NCBI RefSeq assembly: GCF_016433145.1 | Contig: NC_058130.1 | Coordinates: 4,154,107-4,218,106 of the forward strand | DNA from: Gracilinanus agilis | Lineage: Eukaryota | Reading direction: 5' to 3' | DNA length: 64,000 nt | In this document: piece by piece, positions 1 through 11,575 of the stretch | Layout of the letters: each line of letters opens with the position of its first letter | Position numbering within the stretch: the stretch's first letter is position 1 | The notes under the pieces: generated by a model | The model's database searches: none | What the model was told of the DNA's origin: nothing | Seen by the model: the letters and a program-made list of their open reading frames with translations, nothing else | Made by a program: the position numbers and the translations under genes

Positions 1-249
1 AGACCTACCTCTGAGACTGTCCCCTTATGGGGAAAAGCACATCCTGACCCAGTGAGGAAATCTAGGAGGGAAACTAGCTCGCACGAGAGAACGCGAATAT
101 ATGTTATTCTGCTGATAAGCAACAATGGCGACCACCGAACCAAGAATGGACCAGCCCAAACATGTGTGCGCACACATATACACGCAGCTATTTCTGCCCA
201 GTCCCATTGACCCAAGGAGAAATTAGTACAGGTAAGAAGGGACAGTGAG

Positions 250-267
250 ATATATATATATATATAT
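250..267. repeat. (AT)n microsatellite
   Basis: atatatatatatatatat read directly. Confidence 0.9.
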
Positions 268-486
268 GAATTATATAAATATAATAACTTAGCCTCTCTC
301 TTCTTTCCATGAAAACCCCAAAGATCAAAGTTTCCCATTTCGCCTCTTCCTAACTGGAAAGAAAGGCACGCGTGCCCCTTCTCTCCTAGGGCCAATGAAT
401 ACGCTCCTCCAAACAGCTGAGAGCTCCTTTGACGCCTCTGACCGTGGGCAGATGCTTCCCTCCTACCCGGTAATGTGCCTCATCCC

Positions 487-495
487 CCTTGCCTT
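487..495 (-). promoter_or_regulatory. Non-canonical GC 5' splice site (AAG|GCAAGG)
   Basis: ELMO1 homology ends exactly at DFNK (AAG, base 493). The intron then starts GCAAGG. The first GT downstream is 26 nt away and out of frame. Confidence 0.85.
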
Positions 496-629
496 GTTGA
501 AGTCTTCCGAAGTTGCCCTCATCTCCTTCCAAGTCTTGTTCAGCAGCTGGATGCAGATGCAAAAGAATTCCTCAAAGGACCGGTCATGGGTGAAGAACAT
601 GGGGTGAAAGTCGTTGCAGGTCTCACTGG
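493..629 (-). CDS. ELMO1: ELMO1 internal coding exon, 137 nt (equivalent to human exon 16 by my recollection of numbering); part of the ELMO domain
   Basis: Minus strand translates (P)[45 protein letters not shown], the ELMO1 sequence. Acceptor is ttcctcccacag at 630-641 and a CTAAC branch point lies at 663-667. Its phase matches the upstream exon (C|CC = Pro). It is absent from the ORF track. Confidence 0.97.
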
Positions 630-799
630 CTGTGGGAGGAAGTAGAATGAGGAAAGAATCCAGTTAGAAGAGGGCAGGGATGGCAGAGACAAAGTCAGGA
701 GGTCTCAGAAATGGCCACGAGCTCGGGCACAAGTACCCCATGGCACTTCCCTGAACTAGAGCCAGGAGAACCAAACAGGCAGGCGATTTATCCCTCGAA

Positions 800-905
800 C
801 CCTCCATCAACGAGCACCACATAAGCTCTGACTATGCCTTAGACACCAGCGGAGTCGAGCCCTGCAGACACAAAGGCTCTGCCCTCCGGGAGCTTACATT
901 CCACC
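800..905 (-). mobile_element. L2 LINE 3' end fragment
   Basis: Resembles the antisense L2 tail (...tctgccctccgggagcttacattc); recognised by eye; boundaries approximate. Confidence 0.5.
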
Positions 906-2924
906 AGTGAAGATCGCAGCTCTGTGGGGAAGCAGAAACAAGGTCCTTCCTAATGCTTTTGCCTCTCAATTCATTAGCTTCTGCTGAACGAGATGCTCAG
1001 CCCAGGGAAGCAGCATTCCAAGGGTTTCTTCCATCCTCCCACCCCCCGGAGCTGAATCCTGAGGGTTAATTTAAGCACAGCGTTAGACCCACACCATGGC
1101 TGCCAGCTTCTTCTTAGGCTTGCGGGCACCCAGAGGCAGCAAAGCCTTGAAAATGCACTTGCAGCTTATGGTTATCCTGTGGGCCTCCATCCATTTTGAC
1201 AAATGCATGCGCCTTTCCCATCTCCATCTGCCTTTTTTAATAATCCTGAAGCTTTTGTGTCTCCGAGACAGAGACAGCCACCCTCCTGGGCAGGCCCCCT
1301 CCATCATCACCAGCCAAATCACTGGTTTCCCCCTTTTGTATAATTAATTACACTTTTGCAAATGGCCTCCTTAATTATTTCTCCCCCCTTTTCCTCCTCT
1401 TTCTGTCCCTGAGTTGGCAGTGGGGAGGGGGAAAGGGAAGGAGGAGATGACACTGTTCTCATTAGCCATCTGATTCCATTAACCGTTTATTTTCCATGCC
1501 CAGTTAACGGACATCTGGAGACTGGGTCAAGAGCCCCCATTTGCCTCCTCGGGCATTGGTATTCCTCAGGGCTGGGGGCCCTTTACTTCTCTACGAGTGT
1601 CTGACGGGGGGGGGGGCTTCCTGGTGAACTCCCACAAGCATTCTCTCATTGGACCTCCCAATGTGGCGCAGTAAAGCAGGCAGGGCTTACTGCCCTTATT
1701 TGACCGATGAAGAAACTGAGGTAAAGAGAGGCTAAGTAAACTACTTGTCCACTGAGCTAGTAAACTGTAGACCTGAGCCATGGGCTGGGACTCTGCTCGG
1801 CTGAGGACCAGTCAGCACAAAAAGCATCCCGGCCGTTTTAATACATTAAAAAGTAACTTGGAAAGATCAAGAGACTAAGAGGACTCAGAGGTGAGGATGG
1901 GGAAAAGGGGACTTCAGACCCGGGTAAGCCGGCAGGATGGGCAGAGAGTGTAGATGGTCATCAGGAGGATCATACACCTTTTACCCTTCCCTCCATTCTC
2001 ATGGGCAGCCCCCTACATTGGGATGCCGCCATCCCTTACCTGAAAGACTCTGAGAGCCTCCTTCATGGCCTCCCTGACTCCGATGGCTCCCTGTTCTAAC
2101 CACCTTGCATAGGGCTGCCAGAACGATTCTCTAGAAGGGCTTCCCTCCTCTCTCTATTGTATTTACTGATTTCTGAGGGTGAATGTTGCCCCCAACCCTG
2201 TCGGATGTTCCCACGATTGTAGTCTAGCCACTGAATCCCAGTCCTTAGTTTCTCCAGGGCAGGGACCTACCTCCCGCCTCTCTTGTCACTTAGTGGGCAC
2301 GTAACTGTGACTTGTTCAAGAGAGGCGGCACCAGAGGTTGCCCATCTATGCCTGCTTTATTTACTTCTGAAGGGCACAATTTCCCCACGCTGGTTCTCGG
2401 CCTACCCCTCTCGCATCATTGACAGGGAATGAGTGCCGGCCTGAGGAATGAACGAATTTCAGAAGAATGCCAACTCCTTTGGCTTCTGAATTATATATAA
2501 ATATAGCAGCCTCCAGGCCCTGTATCATCGGCTCCTCTCAGCACAATAGTACTAATGTGGCTGTGTCCACGGCCAGCTCTTTCTAAAGAGGAAGATTATA
2601 CCTAAAGGTTGCTATAGGGTAAGTTGAGGCAGAAATGAGCACCAAAGTACATCTGAAATAGGCACCTCCCGTGTCCGGCTGAGAGGCAGAGCGGGGTCAG
2701 GAAGGGAAAAGAGGAGAGGCTCTAGAACCCCAGAGGGCCCTTTGGAGGGAGAAGAGCATAATCCCAGATGGGAATCCAGAAACTGGATGGCCTACTAGGC
2801 CAATGGGATGCCCAGTCAAAGGGGAGGATGGCGAGCGGACGAGGGTCCACGGGGTAGTTCCTAGGCTGGAGGGTCCGCACTCAGCAGGCCTGGGTGAACA
2901 TCCTGCGCCGGCGAAATGCTGGGT

Positions 2925-3290
2925 TCATAGATTTAGAGGCAGAAGAGACCGTTGAGGCCACCTGGTCCAACAACTTCATTTTTCAGATAAGGAAAGGGAG
3001 GCCCCGAGAGCTTAAGGGATATCCCAATAGCAAACAGGGACTAAGTGCAAATGTGGGTCCTGGAGTCCAAGTACGCCATACTAAATGGCTTCCAAGTTTG
3101 ACTCGTGCAATTTGCTGCCCAAGATGGCACGTTTTTATGGTGCTAGAATGTCAGCCCATGCTCTTAGTGTGCTGAGCTGACAGTACCCGAGTTCTGGCCA
3201 CAGACCTACTGAGCCTCAGTTTTCTTCTCTGCCAAATGGGGGAGTTGGGCTAAATGATTTCTAAGGTCCCTCCCAGTTCCAACATTCAGA
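2925..3290. mobile_element. Two MIR/MIR3-type SINE fragments
   Basis: Core-SINE motifs cattttcagataaggaaa (2968-2995) and gagcctcagttttcttctctgccaaatggg...ctaaggtccctcccagttc (3211-3280). Confidence 0.6.
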
Positions 3291-4260
3291 ACCTCCGAAA
3301 GTGGCGGGGGTGGAGGGGGGGTGGGGTGTCATAATGCCTGCCCTGCCCGACACAGCATTTTTGTGGGGAGCCAGAGAAATGATGTCTAACAAAGGAATTC
3401 GGCTGGGACGCGCCAGTCAACTGGAAACTACAATGACGAAGAAAGAGGAAGAAAAGGAAAAGGAAGAGATCAGACAACCAGGTCATGGAAGAGCCACACA
3501 GAGAGTAAAATGGCGGCCAGCAGCTTCCCCCAAGCTCCCAACATCCACCTTGTTCACATCTCCGAAGTCCCAGAGAGGAAGACCCTGCTGACACGGCCGA
3601 TGATCTCAGGCAGGCAGCACAAGTGGGGAGGGGGAAGATTTGAATTGCTGACCTGAAGCACACAGCTATTTAGGGGACCCAGAGCACAAGGCAGGCCGTC
3701 TCTTGTGCTGCTGTGGGCACAGGGCTGTCAGTCACACTTCCATAAACACCAAATTTATAAGGCCCCAGGAATAGTCCTTAAAATCCTATTACCATCTGAG
3801 GGCCTGGTATTAATTACAGGATTACAGCCTCTTTTCCTGGTTCAGCAGGAACACAGTCAGTAACTTGCTCGTTCTGTGGGAGGGCTGCTGTAAAGGGAGG
3901 CTGGCGAAAGGGCTGACTCAAGATTTATGTGCCTAGCACAGGGTAGGAGGCTGACTAGACAAGGTACTAGAAGGAGGAGTCCAGGGGCCAAGAGAAAGGG
4001 AGGTCATGCACTATAAACTCAAGGTCACAGTCACCAGCAAAAGTCCCAGGCCTTTGGGTGGGGGCCAGGAAGAGGGAAAATCTAGTTTTTCTTTTTTTTC
4101 TCTCTCTCAATTTCTTTTTTCCACCCTCTTTTAAAAAATATTTATATTTTACATTCTTTTAAAATTTTGATGGAACTCTCTTCCTCACATCCTTCTCCAT
4201 CCACTGAGAAGGACAATGGTATCAATTATATGTATGAAATAATGCAAAACATATTTCCAT

Positions 4261-4358
4261 ATCAGAAGGAAGGAAGGAAGGATGGAAAGAAAAAGGAAGA
4301 GAGAGAAAGATGGAGGTTGGGAGGGAGGAAGGAGGGAAGGAGAGAGGAAAGGAGATAA
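4261..4358 (+). repeat. GA-rich low-complexity tract (GGAA-like) within L1
   Basis: aggaaggaaggaaggatggaaagaaaaaggaagagagagaaag... read directly. Confidence 0.85.
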
Positions 4359-6319
4359 ATTCTATTTCAATCTGTATTCAGAGTTCCTCAGTTCTCTCTG
4401 GAAGTGTATAGCACTTTTTCATCCTGTGTCCTTTGGAGTTGTTTTTGATCACTAAATTAATCAGAGTTTATTGACCATATACAATATTACTGTGATTATG
4501 ACCTCCAGGTCTTCACTTTACTTTGCATCTATTCATACAGGTCTTTGCTTATTTTTCTGAGCCCCACACACTTATCCTTTCTAGTAGCACGATAGGATTC
4601 TATCACAATCATAAGTTGTGACTTGTTCAGGCATTCTCCACTAGCTGAGGATCCTCTTGATTTCCCATTTTTGGCTATCACAAAGAAGTGTCATAGATAT
4701 TCTAGTATATGTAGGTCCTTTTCCTTTGATCCCTTTGGGGTACAGAAATACAGTGGTATTTCTGGGTCAAGTTCCAGATCGTTCTCCAGAATGGTGGAAC
4801 CAGTTCACTACCAACAGTTCATTAATGTGCCTTTTTTTCCTCATTCCTACCAGCATTTGTGATTTCTGCTAGGTGTGAGGCAGTACCTCAGCATAGTTTT
4901 AATTTGCCTTTCCACAATCAATAGTGATTTTCATGAGTAGATAGCTTTGGTTTCTTCTTCTGAATCTTCTTTGACCATTTATTAACTGAAGAGTGACTTA
5001 TTTTCATAAATTTGACTAAGTTCCCTATATACTTGAGAAAAGAGGCCTTTGTCAACGAAATTCACTGCAAAATTTTCTGATATTACTTTATTGTCTATGG
5101 TAGCTTTTAGCACAATGTATTTTCTCTGATTATCTCTTTTGCTTAAGTATTTTTTTCTGCTTTTGCTTTGTTTTCAGATCATGTCTGCTATCCCTGCCAT
5201 TGCTACTTCGACTGAAACATAATAGATTCTGCTCCAGACCCCCTCATTTCCTTTTTTTTAAAAAAAAAAACTCTATGTGTCTTTACATTTCAAATTTGCC
5301 TTTCATAACAACATATTTTGGTTTCTAATCCATTCTGCTATCTGCTTCTGCTTTATTGGTTAGGTCAGTTAGTGAAGTATTGGCATGCATGCCCAGGCAG
5401 CACTCAGGGAGTTGCTCTGTTCTTCCTCTTCCCAGTGCCTGAGGACATTTTTTGCATGCTCCACCCCTCTGTCCAGCTACCCAAAACAAACACTTCCTCC
5501 CTCCACTCTCTCTTCAGTAATGCAGGAAGGGGGGCGGGGAGGAGAAGGGAGAAAAGGGCAATTGATAGACACCTTGAATTTGCCCTGAAAATGTCTGCCA
5601 ACACTGGCTTAGGCAATCCCATTCACATTAAAAGTTATGATTATTAACAATGTATTTCCCTCCATCCCATTTTCATCTGTTTATCATTCCTGCTTTCTTT
5701 TTATCCTGTCCCTCCTCAAAAGTCTGTTTGGCTTCTAACCACTGCTTCCCTTAATCCTCCCCACTTTTATCATCCCTCCCTAGTATCTTTTATTCCCTTC
5801 CCCTCTTATTTCTCCGTTGGGTAAGAGAGATGTCTCTATCCAATTAAGTGTGTAAATAAATCCTTCCCTCCTTGAACCAATTCTGAAAAGTGAATTTCAA
5901 GTATCATCCCTCTCCCTCCAATTTCTTTTCCGCTGTAAAAGCTCTTCCTTGTGTGTGACTCTTTTAGGTAAGAAAATTATCCTCATTCTAACTCTCCCAT
6001 ACCCCGTCTCCCAGAGCAATCTGTAGGATTTTATTGATAATTGCTTGAAATATGATGTCTAGACTTTTCTTGCTGTTGTTCATGGATTTCAGGGAGTCCA
6101 CTAATTCTTACATGATCTCTTCTTGATCTATTTTCCAGGTTGGTTATTTTTCTGATAAGATTTCACATTTTCCTCTGCTTTTTCACACTTTTGATTTTGT
6201 TTTATTGTTTCTTAAAGTCTCACAGAATCATTAGCTTCTAATTTTTAAGGGATTGTTTTCTTTGGTAAGCATTTATTTTCTTTGACTGACCTGTTAATTC
6301 TCTCTTGTAAAGAAAAAAA

Positions 6320-6508
6320 TAACCGCATCCTAATTTCTGTCTTAGAATCAACAAAATTTCAGTTCCAAGACAGGAGAGCATTAAGGGCTAAGGAAATGTG
6401 TTAAGTGACTTGCCCAGGGTTATTCCAGGTCAGGCCAGGCCCAATTTGATTCTAGGACCTCCTATCTCCAGGCCTGTGTCTTTATCCACTCAACCACTTA
6501 GCTGCCCC
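6320..6508 (-). mobile_element. Marsupial tRNA/core SINE (MAR1b/SINE1-like) inserted in L1
   Basis: ttaagtgacttgcccagggt...ccactcaaccacttagctgccccta is the antisense SINE head; ctgtcttagaatc is the typical tail segment. Confidence 0.75.
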
Positions 6509-7689
6509 TAATTCTCTTTTCATAATTGTCTTGCATTACTCTCATTTCTCTTCATATTTTTCCCTCTACCACTCTTATCTCTTGAACTCTTCCAGGAATT
6601 CCTGCTGGCTTTGGTCTTAATCACCATTTTTCTTTGAGGCTTCGCTTTAGCTGTTTTGACAATTTTGTCTTCCCTTCTACCATGACATATTTTTGTGGTC
6701 AGGTTCTTTTTGTTGTTGCTGTTTGCTCATTTTCCCCAGCCTCCTTCTTCGCTTTGAACTTTATGTTAAAGTTAGGCTCTTATCACCTTGGGGTGGAGGT
6801 ATGGGACCACTGTACCAAGTTTCAGGCATTTTTCATGCTGCTATTTTCAGAGGTATTTTTGAGAGGTCTGGCCCAGGGAGAGATGCAGATGCGATCACTA
6901 TTCTCCTGATTTGCACTCCGCTCTTTACCCAGGAAAGGCCAATTCTCTCCTGTAGCCACAACTGCTAGTGCTTCTCTTAGCCTGGGAACTGAGACCAAGG
7001 CCCCTCTTCCCTTGTGACTGACTCCCCAGTGCTCCTTTCAACCATGGAACTCTGTCCCAGAACTTCAGGGGAAATAGAGGTGCCCATCAGCACCATTTGC
7101 CCCAACATTCTTATTGACTCTGGGCTGTGAACTCCCAAAATTATTGCTGCTGCCTCTGAAGTCCACTGATATAGCTCCTGCTATGTTAATAAGATCTATG
7201 CCTATTCTAGTGTAATAGTCCTCTCCTGAGGACTTCCCAAGCTGTCTTAGGCTCTAACCTTTCGTTGGCTATGTTTCTCCAAAATCGGATTTGAGAAGTT
7301 ATTTTCAAGTTATTTAGAAGGGAATCTGGGGAAAGTTCAGCAGGGCGCTGGTCTGTATGCCACCATCTTAGTTCCCAAACCTGTATTTCTAACTCTATTT
7401 TGAATTTCCTCTTGAGTTGCTTTATAGGCTACTTAATGATAAAGTTGAAAAGGAGAGTTTCTGTCATCATTCTCTCATTTTCTAGATCAGAAAGAGGCCG
7501 CCTAGGGTCTCTTCCTAAATGTTCATGTCTCCACTCTCTTCCATAGGTTCTTGTCCATTAAAGGCTATGAGAGATTTATCCCCAGATAATTAATCACATG
7601 CCAGAGAAAGAGATCTTCCATTGAAATATCTTCCATTATTTATACTACTAATATTTATACAGTGCAAGGTTTAAGTTTTGCAAAGCACA

Positions 7690-7870
7690 TGCCATATATT
7701 AACTCATTTGAGCCGGTGAGTTAGGTGCTATTATTTTCAAATGTAATTACAGATGAGGAAACTGAGGCTGAAGGAGAAAACTTGAGACCTGCCAAGGGTC
7801 ACAAAGCTAAGTGTCTGAGGTAGGATTTGAATTTTGGTCTTCTTCACTTGAAGTTCAGCTCTCTATCCTT
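7690..7870 (-). mobile_element. MIR/MAR1 SINE
   Basis: Core motif ttacagatgaggaaactgaggct...gggtcacaaagctaagtgtctgaggtaggatttgaa. Confidence 0.75.
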
Positions 7871-8286
7871 CTTTCCACTTCTCCTACTTCTCTATCCCTG
7901 CCATGGTATGTTTCATTATTATTATCCTAACCCTGGATGTGGCTCTACCTCTGACTCCTTGAGAAGATTTGGTTCTGTTTCCACTTAGGAACGCCTCTAC
8001 ACCCTTTCGGGGCTACCTTGAATTGTACAAGCCCTAAAAGTAAGTAGTGTCTCCCTTTGAGACTGCCCCTTCTTCTCTCCCTAAGCCAGGCTGTTTGATG
8101 CCTGGTTGATTCTCTTGTGCCCCATTTTCCATGGAAATGACTCACTTCTTTCTCCAGCTGTCTTCTGCCTACTGCGCACATGTCCAGCTTAGCTTTGATC
8201 TGTTCTCTGTGTTTGTTTTTGCTGGACTCAGAATCATGTTGGACTGTCTCCTCCTGATAGAGCCCAAAGACTCATTAATGATTAAG

Positions 8287-8288
<2 letters not shown>

Positions 8289-8339
<51 letters not shown>

Positions 8340-8349
8340 TGCGCGCGCG
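8289..8349 (+). repeat. (GT)24 microsatellite followed by (GC)4
   Basis: Read directly. Confidence 0.95.
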
Positions 8350-10125
8350 ATCACACGGGTGCATGTGTGCTGTAGATTTCAAGGGAAACTAAGCTACTAA
8401 CAATTCCTGAAAAAGACATTGAAAAACTAATTATAAGAGAAACCCAAATTCAAACAAGCCTGGAGTATTACGCCATGTCCTCTGTCTAGAAAAGATAAAC
8501 ATGCTGGCTGTGGGGAGAAGACTTTAAGGGTCAGTACGACCCACCCTGGCCTGACTGGGGCGCACTCCTGGGGAGATACTCAAAGCCAAAATGACTTTCT
8601 AAAACTCGAGATGGTATAGGCAGGAGACCCGAACAGCTACTGAGTGATGAAGAGAAATCAGTGGTTCCCTACTAGCAGCATCCAACAATGGCTTTATTGT
8701 ATCATCTTTTAAAGCTACTGACTGAAGAAATCATATCCGATGGTCCATTTAGAAATAAGGCAGAAAAACGACGAGACAACGAGCTGATTTGAATGTTCAA
8801 CATCTTCAATGTACGTACTAGGCTCTGCTCCATTTCCCATTCTAATCTGGCAAGTGGGGTGAGTGAAAGAAAGGGTGGTGGGAGTGCAGAAAAATCTGAA
8901 TCACCCCATAACAATAGGGAAAGCACTTGACTTCCCTTCTCTTTTGTGCTCGGAAGCTGCAAGCTCCAACAATTGCAGCAACTAGCTGGAGGGAGTCTAC
9001 CAAGTTGGAAAGGCTCCCGGGATGGTCCTTGCAGCCGCTGCCTGTAGAGAGAGGGCAGGCCTAGCTGAGAAGTGCAAGCAGTGTCTTTACTAGCATGTCA
9101 TCAGGGCCCTCAGTGATGAAGTCGTTGGATGTGGTAATCGACCAGAGAAAACTACAGAATAGCCCTTCGTCCAGGGCAGCCCCTTTAGCCTCCTTGGTGG
9201 CAGGGCCAAGAGAGCAGGGAGGGTCATCGATTTTAGTCCAGCTACTGACATCGATCTAATCATCTGTATTCCAAGCAGAACCTACTACGGTCAAAACAGA
9301 AGCCCACGAATATGGGCATTTTCTCCAACAAGGGCAATAGGACACGAGTACGTCAAAAGACACAGAATAAGAGGCCTGGACGGTCCTCGGCGATCACGGA
9401 GTCCAGCCCAGATTCAAGATTCCTCACCACAAAACAGTCAAGAAGTGATTCTCTGGCCTCTGCTTGAAAGCTTGCTAGGAGGGGGAGCCAGCCTCTGCAG
9501 AGGCAGCCCATTCCCTTCTAGGATGGCGCTACACAGTGGCATGATTTTCTTTCCATCCAGCCCTACTGTTCCTCGGTAGGCTTCTGGGCAGTTTCCATTT
9601 TTACCAGACAGGGTCAGACAGAACCAGCATAGTCTCTCTTTCAGGAAACGGCCTTTTAGAACCTCAACGGCAGTTCTCACACCTTCCTTCAAGCCCCCCA
9701 AGCCCTGCACCCACATCTAAGTCTTCCCTCCTCCAGGCTAGATATCCGCTACGTCTCCAAACTGCCCCTAAGTGACTCAAATTGAAGACTCTCCCTCATC
9801 CTTTGATGGGTGTGGAGCAGCGTCTTTCCTAAAACGTGGTGCCCAGAACCGATGGCCAAACTCCAGATCTGCTCTCAGCAGGGCAGAGTGCCAGGCTCCT
9901 GTGCTACGCTGTCATGTAGGATTGGGCTGCCAGTTTTGATCACTGGACACTATGTAAGGGATGCCAGGCAGGTAATGTCAGGCAGGAAAGGCAGGGCTCT
10001 TCTCATAAGCATTATTGAGGGATCCCAGCTGGGTAGTCTGAAGGCTACACTGTTCCCCAGGCGATGCCAAGCAGGAAGCAAAGGACCCCGAGAGATCTAA
10101 GGGGGTGCTCTCTGGTGGATTAGAG

Positions 10126-10320
10126 CAGCGGTTCCCAAACTTCTTTGGCCTCCCGCCCCCTTTCCAGAAAAATATATTCCTTAGCCCCCTGGAAATGATT
10201 GTTTTTTTAAATTTTAATAGCAATTCATAGGAAAGATGAACGCACCCGTGGCCATCACTGCCCACCTGGATCCCTGCAGCACCCACCAGGGGGCGGTGGT
10301 GCCCACTTTGGGAACTGCTG
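10126..10320 (+). mobile_element. Non-autonomous hAT (Charlie/OposCharlie-type) MITE, 195 bp
   Basis: TIR-like ends cagcggttcccaaac ... ctttgggaactgctg; 8-bp TSD gattagag/gattatag (7/8); homologous inverted copy at 54039-54227. Confidence 0.85.
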
Positions 10321-11575
10321 GATTATAGGAAGAAAGGGCAAGTGTTGTATAGAAGAAGAATTGTGCCTGGCCTGCAATCCCCACCGAGAGAGGGAACAAA
10401 CCCAACAGCAGCTTCACAAGTAGTTAAAGGAGGATGCTGGGGGTTTGGGGAGAAGGCAGCTACCCCAGTGGAAGCCCTTGGCTGTCTGGCCCTCTCTCAG
10501 GTGCACGTGCCAGGCAGCTGCTGCTCACAGGTGCAGGCTCTAGCCTCCGACCTTCCCAACTTCTAGCTGTTCTAGGGGAAACGGGCAAGAGGCTTCGGCC
10601 AAGTTTGGATGGCACTCCGCCCTTTTTACATGGATGTAACTGAGGGCAAAAGGCGAACTCCCAAGTCTACCTGCAAGGGCAAAGCCGCGTTCTGGATTTA
10701 GAGCTCAGAACCTAGAACCGCAGATTCGTGAAGCTTCCCAGGGCCCAGCGGATCTGCTGCTCGAATCCCCTCATCTCCCAGAGGAGGACGCCAAATGCTG
10801 ACGTGCCCGGCGGCTTGCCAACGTCTTACAGCTAGTGAGAGGCAAAATGGGATTGGAAAGGTGAAGCATGAATTCGGGAGAGTCTTCGGCTCGTATGCAG
10901 GATGAACGGACTTCTCAACGGACTCGAGAGTCTGGGAAGAAGGAGACGGGAGGCGGCCGGCACCAAAGAACGTCTCCAATGAAACAAGTATTTCTGAAGC
11001 ACCTTTGGGGTGGCAGGCAGCGTGCGAGGGGGCTGGAGATACCAAACAGTGACTGAAAAACCCCTGTTCACGAGTGGATTCTCATTACAAATGCTTGGAG
11101 CAACCGGGCACTGGGTTCTCCAACAGGATGTTACTATGCTTAATACGGAATCTTCCTGAACTTCTCCTGAGGAACTTCCCCTTCATACTAATAAACTGAC
11201 CATAGTAGGCTCGTTCCTTTTCAATCTCACGTTAATATATTTATAGAATGATATTTAATCTATTTAATCTCATCTGTTACTTTATATAATTTAGGTTTTT
11301 CTGAAGAAAACTTATTTTCTCCATTTCTATGCTATATTAACAGGCACAATAAAGACACATTTTAATATCAAGAAAGCAAATCAACTCTATTCTTTACGCT
11401 CTTTTAGGTGTTTACGTGCAGGCAGAGAGGCCTTTGTTACGCTCTCAGATGACGAGTCTGAATCCTCGAAAGCCATCATTTTATCCACCTGCTCGAGAGT
11501 TGCCGGGAAGAAAACCTCCAATAAACAGAATGATGAGGAGAATCAAGTCATCACGAGGGTCCTGGGGGTGGGAAA

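Larger units (their letters stand above)
4120..7385 (-). mobile_element. Old marsupial L1, both termini present, most of ORF2 deleted, interrupted by other inserts
   Basis: Antisense L1 landmarks in order: 3' UTR (about 4120-4400); ORF2 C-terminus (ttctccagaatggtggaaccagttcac, about 4780); ORF2 start/inter-ORF (ttctaatccattctgctatctg, 5323); ORF1 (cttgaaatatgatgtctagacttttc, 6043); 5' end gccaccatctt (7358) matching the L1 start AAGATGGCGG. Boundaries approximate. Confidence 0.75.

Noticed and set aside
126-136. PBS-like TGGCGACCAC after CA
   Set aside because: Only about 10 nt match, with no LTR upstream or gag sequence downstream visible.
162-177. Perfect 16-bp palindrome atgtgtgcgcacacat
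   Set aside because: Arises readily from adjoining TG and CA dinucleotide runs; no further structure.
2035-2042. Possible recursive splice site (minus strand CAG|GTAAGG)
   Set aside because: Weak polypyrimidine tract with an upstream AG, and only 1.4 kb from the real acceptor; RNA-seq sawtooth data would be needed.
3301-3330. G-quadruplex motifs (also about 13980-14050, 30668-30690, 52390-52410)
   Set aside because: Common in sequence this GC-rich; nothing singles these out.
8644-8725. C/D-box snoRNA-like arrangement (GTGATGA ... CTGA)
   Set aside because: It is antisense to the host gene, has no terminal stem and no recognisable rRNA guide.
8400-9400. Coding-looking stretch examined as a processed pseudogene or ERV internal region
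   Set aside because: The frames I translated contain frequent stops and no recognisable protein; left unassigned.
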